DNA of 63,552 nucleotides, the filler included, from Candidatus Hydrogenedentota bacterium (lineage in GTDB: Bacteria; JBFMHD01): NCBI GenBank assembly GCA_040752395.1. It is 7 parts of 7 records of this genome, joined end to end, with 100 filler letters (N's around TTAATTAATTAA, not from the genome) between each part and the next. Parts side by side here need not be neighbours in the genome. Positions count along the whole stretch, not along the records: positions 42,447 to 63,552 come from JBFMHD010000015.1; 6 more parts are not named here. One strand, written 5' to 3'. The notes below the pieces were generated by a model. The model did not search any database. It saw nothing but the letters and a program-made list of their open reading frames with translations, and was not told the origin of the DNA. Both the position numbers and the translations under genes were made by a program. Of the stretch, positions 58,729 through 63,552 are shown piece by piece; position 1 is the stretch's first letter; each line of letters starts with the position of its first letter.

Positions 58729-61700
58729 TTACTCAAGAGATTGCAAGAACTTTTTTATTAATTCTAAGTTTTTTTCTTTATTCTCTTCTTCAGATAAAAA
58801 CTTCTTTATATAGATACGATTCCTTCCTCTATCTATTCTTATCTCTTTATCTTTAGCCATGCCCTGTATCTTATTAATCTTTGTTTCATCTCTATACTCA
58901 AGATATAATATTAAATCATTGTTTTTATCAGAAATATACACCAGACCTACTTTTTCACATAAAATTTTAACCTCTATTACTAAAAAAAGGTTGCTGAGTT
59001 TCTTGGGGGGATTACCAAATCTATCTTCGATATCATGCTTGATTCTATTTAACTCATCTATATTTTTTACCTCTGATAACTTTTTATACATCTGTAACCT
59101 TATTTTATTGTTTTTTACATAATCATCTGGTATCTCATACTCAAAATTGAAATCACAGGTAGCAACTCGTTCCTCAACTAATTCTTCACCTTTTAATAAT
59201 CTCACAGCACGGTTTATTAGACTCGAATATATCTCAAACCCCACATCAGCAACATTCCCTGCCTGTTTCTTCCCTAATAATTCACCAGCACCGCGTATCT
59301 CAAGGTCGCGTATCGCTAAATCAAAGCCGCCAGATAATCTCCCGAACTCTTTTATGGTCTCTAATCGTTTCCTCGCATCATCGGTAAGTGATTTAACATC
59401 TCTATAATTAAAATAAGCGTATGCCTGGTAATAGCTTCTACCCACCCTACCACGCAGCTGATACAATTGAGCCAATCCGAACCTATCAGCATCATCAACA
59501 ATAATTGTATTTGCATTCGGTATATCGATACCATTTTCTATTATCGTTGTACATACTAAAATATCATATTCTCGATGATAAAATTTAACGAATCTCTCTT
59601 CGAGTTCTGTTTCTTTCATCTTGCCATGCGCACAACCAACCCTTTTATCTGGAAACCACTCTCTTATCTTATCAAAAACACGATATATACTTTTAACACG
59701 GTTATGTATGTAAAACACCTGGCCATCTCTGTTTAACTCCCTTCTTATGAATTCTTGAATTAAGTTATCATTATACTTTGAAACAGTAATCTGTATTGGC
59801 AATCGTCCACCTGGTGGCGTTGCAATAACGCTTAGTTCTTTGATACTCGAGAGTGCCATCTGTAATGTCCGCGGTATAGGTGTTGCTGTCATTGTTAAAA
59901 CATCCGCTGTTCTTCTTAATGTTTTAAGTCTTTCTTTCTGTCTTACACCAAACCTCTGCTCCTCATCTATAATGATTAAACCCAAATTTTTGAATTGAAT
60001 ATTTTTAGAGAGCAAACTATGCGTGCCAATAATAATATCTACCTCACCCTCGCGAAGTCCCTCTACTATCTCTCTTCTTTTTTTAATCTTTTGAAACCTT
60101 GATAATAGTTCTATCCTATAGGGAAATGGTCTAAATCTATCAGTAAATGTTATGTAATGCTGATGCGAAAGCAATGTTGTAGGAGCAAGTAAAACCACCT
60201 GATAATTATTGTTCACAGCTTTGAACACTGCGCGTAATGCCACCTCTGTTTTACCATAACCCGAGTCCCCGCAGATAAGCCTGTCCATCGGTAACCCTTT
60301 CTCCATATCATTTTTTACCTCACAAATCGCTTTCTTCTGGTCCTCTGTCTCTATAAAATGAAAACCAGATTCGAATTCTATCTGGGATATAGAATCCGCT
60401 CTGAATTTTATTCCTGCAAGAGAACTACGTAACGCATATAATCTTATAAGTTGTTTAGCAAACTCTTTAGCATTTTTTACTGCTTTCTCCCGTTTCTTCT
60501 TCCATTGTGAAGTATGCAATTTACTTAATTGAGGCGCTATATCCTGTAAATTTCTGTATTTATGTATTAACCCGAGCTGGTATAATGGTACGTATAATAT
60601 ATCTCCTGCATCATACTCTATCTTCGCATATTCTCTCTCCCTACCTAAAACCCTTAATTTTTCTATACCCCTGTATAACCCTATCCCATAATTAATGTGC
60701 ACAACATAATCATTCGGAGTAAAGTCTATTTTTCTGTCATACTCTATGGGCTCGGCTCTGCCAAACTCTTTTATTTTCGGGTGGGTATCTATACCAAAAA
60801 AATTATCCTGGGTTATCCATAAAATATTATTAATAACATCATGAAACCCCTTTTTAAATGGAGCCAATTCAAACCTTATCTTTTCTTTATATTCTTTTGA
60901 TGGATTAATTACTTCAATCATCTTTTTAAAATATAATTCATTATCAGAGCTTATTATAACCTTTCCATCCTCGTTGATTATTTCATCAATATCTGAGAGA
61001 ATATTCATCTCATCACTATTGTAATTCTTAACAGCTTTAAATATCCCGTTACCGCGAATAATGCGTAAAGATTTTGAGTCTTCTATTTTTTTACCTGCTT
61101 CTAAATCAAAAAGTTTTTCAGGTGGAGAAGGACTATCACCTCTTAATTTATATAATCTATATATATCCTCATATCTTTTCTGTAAGTCATCCCTTATCCC
61201 ATCATAAAAAATAACCAATTCATAATCGACCTCATCAAGTAAAGAGACAAGACACCTCTCTTTCTTATGTGAGGTGTCGCTTAATGGTATCTCGCAGGCA
61301 GGTAATATAAGTACATCTTTATTTAATCTCTCTTTTCTTAACTGCGTCTTAATATCTATAAAATACATATCTTCGATAATATCTTCTGAAAATAATATTC
61401 TAACAGGTGAATCAAAACTAACAGGAAATAAATCTATGACCATTCCTCGAACAGCTAAGTCTCCATCCTGCTCAACATAAGTGACCCTCTCATAACCCAG
61501 ATGAACAAGTCTATAAACAAATTCTTCTTTATCTATTTTACCACCTCTTTTTATTTTACAAACCATATCTTTCATCTGATTTAGCGGTATAATTTTTTTA
61601 ATCAGCGATGACGGTGTCAGAATAACTATTTGATACTCTTTATTATACAATCTATATAAAGCATTCATTCTCTGGGAAACAACTAATTTTGACGGCGAGA

Positions 61701-61941
61701 TTATATCATAAGGTAATATATCCCATTCCGGTATAAATACAACCCCACAATCCCCAACAATATATTTGAGGTATTCATATATAAGATCAGCTAAATATTG
61801 ATCTTTAACTATTAATATTGTCTTTTTATCGTTCGAGACTGCGGAAGCAATTATTGAATCGGTCTCAATATTACAGGATAAAATCTCAGATTTCAAAATC
61901 ACATAATCTTTAAGATTATGAAAATCGTATCTATCTATCAT
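58729..61941 (-). CDS. mfd: Transcription-repair coupling factor
   Basis: VRG..IDLFP, VVH..YGIG, DRLICGDSGYGKTEVA, DEEQRFGV, QLRGRVGR, DLEIRGAG, TRCF C-terminal domain. Confidence 0.97.
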   Translation of the reverse strand: MIDRYDFHNLKDYVILKSEILSCNIETDSIIASAVSNDKKTILIVKDQYLADLIYEYLKYIVGDCGVVFIPEWDILPYDIISPSKLVVSQRMNALYRLYNKEYQIVILTPSSLIKKIIPLNQMKDMVCKIKRGGKIDKEEFVYRLVHLGYERVTYVEQDGDLAVRGMVIDLFPVSFDSPVRILFSEDIIEDMYFIDIKTQLRKERLNKDVLILPACEIPLSDTSHKKERCLVSLLDEVDYELVIFYDGIRDDLQKRYEDIYRLYKLRGDSPSPPEKLFDLEAGKKIEDSKSLRIIRGNGIFKAVKNYNSDEMNILSDIDEIINEDGKVIISSDNELYFKKMIEVINPSKEYKEKIRFELAPFKKGFHDVINNILWITQDNFFGIDTHPKIKEFGRAEPIEYDRKIDFTPNDYVVHINYGIGLYRGIEKLRVLGREREYAKIEYDAGDILYVPLYQLGLIHKYRNLQDIAPQLSKLHTSQWKKKREKAVKNAKEFAKQLIRLYALRSSLAGIKFRADSISQIEFESGFHFIETEDQKKAICEVKNDMEKGLPMDRLICGDSGYGKTEVALRAVFKAVNNNYQVVLLAPTTLLSHQHYITFTDRFRPFPYRIELLSRFQKIKKRREIVEGLREGEVDIIIGTHSLLSKNIQFKNLGLIIIDEEQRFGVRQKERLKTLRRTADVLTMTATPIPRTLQMALSSIKELSVIATPPGGRLPIQITVSKYNDNLIQEFIRRELNRDGQVFYIHNRVKSIYRVFDKIREWFPDKRVGCAHGKMKETELEERFVKFYHREYDILVCTTIIENGIDIPNANTIIVDDADRFGLAQLYQLRGRVGRSYYQAYAYFNYRDVKSLTDDARKRLETIKEFGRLSGGFDLAIRDLEIRGAGELLGKKQAGNVADVGFEIYSSLINRAVRLLKGEELVEERVATCDFNFEYEIPDDYVKNNKIRLQMYKKLSEVKNIDELNRIKHDIEDRFGNPPKKLSNLFLVIEVKILCEKVGLVYISDKNNDLILYLEYRDETKINKIQGMAKDKEIRIDRGRNRIYIKKFLSEEENKEKNLELIKKFLQSLE

Positions 61942-61954
61942 GCGTAAAGACTCA

Positions 61955-62043
61955 GAACGTGTGAAAAAATTAGACTTTTTCCGAAAACAGGGGCTGATAA
62001 TAAAAGAGTTACCCGGTATTAATGATGATTATTTCACACGTTC
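61955..62043. mobile_element. 89-bp MITE with 12-bp TIRs and TCA target duplication
   Basis: GAACGTGTGAAA / TTTCACACGTTC, flanked by TCA on both sides. Confidence 0.7.
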
Positions 62044-62120
62044 TCAGTTATAGGTAGAGAAGAAGTGAGAAGTAAGAAGTATCAGAAAATAGAAGCAAGA
62101 AGCAAGGAACGGCAAGCAAC

Positions 62121-63245
62121 TTAAAATTTTGCTTTTAATGCGACTATTACTGCCCCTTGATCATCCATCACATTAACATTGCTCTCTGCATTCGCATCCA
62201 TATACTCTATCATCAAAGTAATGTTTTTTGTTATCTCTTTATGCAGTTGTATCAGATGAGCATTCTTAAAATTCGTGTCTGCTGAATCATCGTCATCATA
62301 ATCATTATATGAATATACTAATCTCCAGCCCCAAGAAAACTTCCAATCAAACCCGGCCTGCCATACCTTTTCATTACTTATAAAAGATTCTGCGACTGTT
62401 TTGGTATTATCAAATCTCTCGTTCTCTAATATCTCACCAAAAATAGTCAAACCTCTAACAATCTCATCAAGTTCGAACTGTAGCCCGATACTCCATCGGT
62501 CATTATCGCGGCAAGGGTCTGGCGTGTTTGTTCTCCATGCCGGCGTATCAGCTCTTGTTGCATAAGATGCCTCTATAAAAATATTGGGCATCAGCCTATC
62601 AAGCGTTATTCGTGCGCTAAAACCGTCTGAGAGCGTAGCGTTCGACTCATCTGCTACACCATTACCATTGTTCCCGATATCATCTATATCATCAAGGTCA
62701 ATTACAGAGGCTTCTATTTTACCTATATCTTTTATCTCGTAGCCTATCATTATACCCCAGACTTTATCAATCTCGTATGTATGAGGAAAGGGGTCAAAAG
62801 CTCCGACATCATAATCCATCCCAAACGGCTGTTCAAATTTACCTATCCGCAAAAAAATCGGGATATCTCTCATTATCTTATCAAAATGTATGTATGCTTC
62901 TTCCAGCTCCTTGTTATTTGCTAAATCACCTTGAGCAAAATCAAGTTTTACATTTGCAGAGATAAGCTCTGAAAACTGGTATTTAGCCCATAGATACACA
63001 TTCTCACAAACAATTTTATCACCACCATACCTTGTCTCTATATCTCCCTTTATATATTTACTGCCATCAGAAGGATTCCAGTGTAGCGAAACATCATTCC
63101 AGTCAAAATCTCCTATAATATAGTGAACCAAAACTTCCCCACCTATCTCAAGGTTCTGGTCTTTAAATTTAACAGCAAATATTCTTGCTGGAATCCACAT
63201 AATCATAATGGAACATAAAATAATACTACTAAATAATCTTTTCAT
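62121..63245 (-). CDS. Outer-membrane beta-barrel (porin-like)
   Basis: Signal peptide, LEEAYIHF, RIGKFEQPFG, amphipathic strands, C-terminal Phe. Confidence 0.8.
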   Translation of the reverse strand: MKRLFSSIILCSIMIMWIPARIFAVKFKDQNLEIGGEVLVHYIIGDFDWNDVSLHWNPSDGSKYIKGDIETRYGGDKIVCENVYLWAKYQFSELISANVKLDFAQGDLANNKELEEAYIHFDKIMRDIPIFLRIGKFEQPFGMDYDVGAFDPFPHTYEIDKVWGIMIGYEIKDIGKIEASVIDLDDIDDIGNNGNGVADESNATLSDGFSARITLDRLMPNIFIEASYATRADTPAWRTNTPDPCRDNDRWSIGLQFELDEIVRGLTIFGEILENERFDNTKTVAESFISNEKVWQAGFDWKFSWGWRLVYSYNDYDDDDSADTNFKNAHLIQLHKEITKNITLMIEYMDANAESNVNVMDDQGAVIVALKAKF

Positions 63246-63437
63246 AACAACTCCTATTTGTGCCTCTGTGCCTAACGTCTAATGTCTTATGTATTATTGT
63301 AGCAAGATACTCTTGTCATAGCAAGATATTTTTATTTCAATTGGTATGGGGTATAGATGTATCACTTGACATATACTTTTTTCTCGTAAATGATAAAATA
63401 TTCTTAACTTTTAACTCTTTAAAGGAGTCAACATGAG

Positions 63438-63552
63438 CGCGTTTGCGCTCTACACTATTGGGTTATTGGGTTATTGGGTTTTTGCGTTTTTGCGCTCTAC
63501 ACAACGTATGAAAAACTAAAGATGATATGAAAAGAGTCGTGAGTCAAAACAG
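63438..63552 (+). repeat. Start of another modular repeat copy
   Basis: (TTATTGGG)n, GCGCTCTACAC x2, GTATGAAAAACTAAAGATGATATGAAAAGAGTCGTGAGTCAAAACAG matching 28290-28333 (reverse complement) and 32894-32917. Confidence 0.88.

Larger units (their letters stand above)
57868..58766. mobile_element. Mini-island bounded by a 28-bp direct repeat of the mfd 3' end
   Basis: GATTGCAAGAACTTTTTTATTAATTCTA at 57868-57895 and 58739-58766. Confidence 0.8.

Overview
Low-GC bacterial draft genome or MAG window. It consists of seven contigs joined by artificial 100-nt N/TTAATTAATTAA linkers (7045-7144, 14163-14262, 21258-21357, 28334-28433, 35350-35449, 42347-42446), so adjacency across linkers is not biological. 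Housekeeping content: cobalamin nucleotide-loop/salvage genes (cobD, cbiB, cobS, cobT, cobO, cobU) with a B12 riboswitch, gdhA, icd-sucCD-korDABC, ribBA, mfd-prsA-mazG plus glycosylation genes, trmI, tRNA-fMet and a porin-like gene. Features the ORF track misses: (1) a giant, at least 1960-aa secreted multi-domain surface protein (<1-5890, minus, probable CTG start); (2) a 44-aa peptide gene between cobD and a SPASM radical SAM gene under the B12 riboswitch (CbpA/CbpB-type putative RiPP); (3) two toxin-antitoxin integron cassettes with attC sites and no integrase in the window; (4) a TA module bracketed by a 28-bp duplication of the mfd 3' end; (5) a dispersed, modular intergenic repeat family built from 7/8-mer tandem units, whose conserved end supplies the putative ribosome-binding site of icd, ribBA, cobU, an Rsb phosphatase and a TA relic; (6) several MITE or IS derivatives and TA pseudogenes. 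Family assignments come from recognising motifs by eye; no database searches were run.
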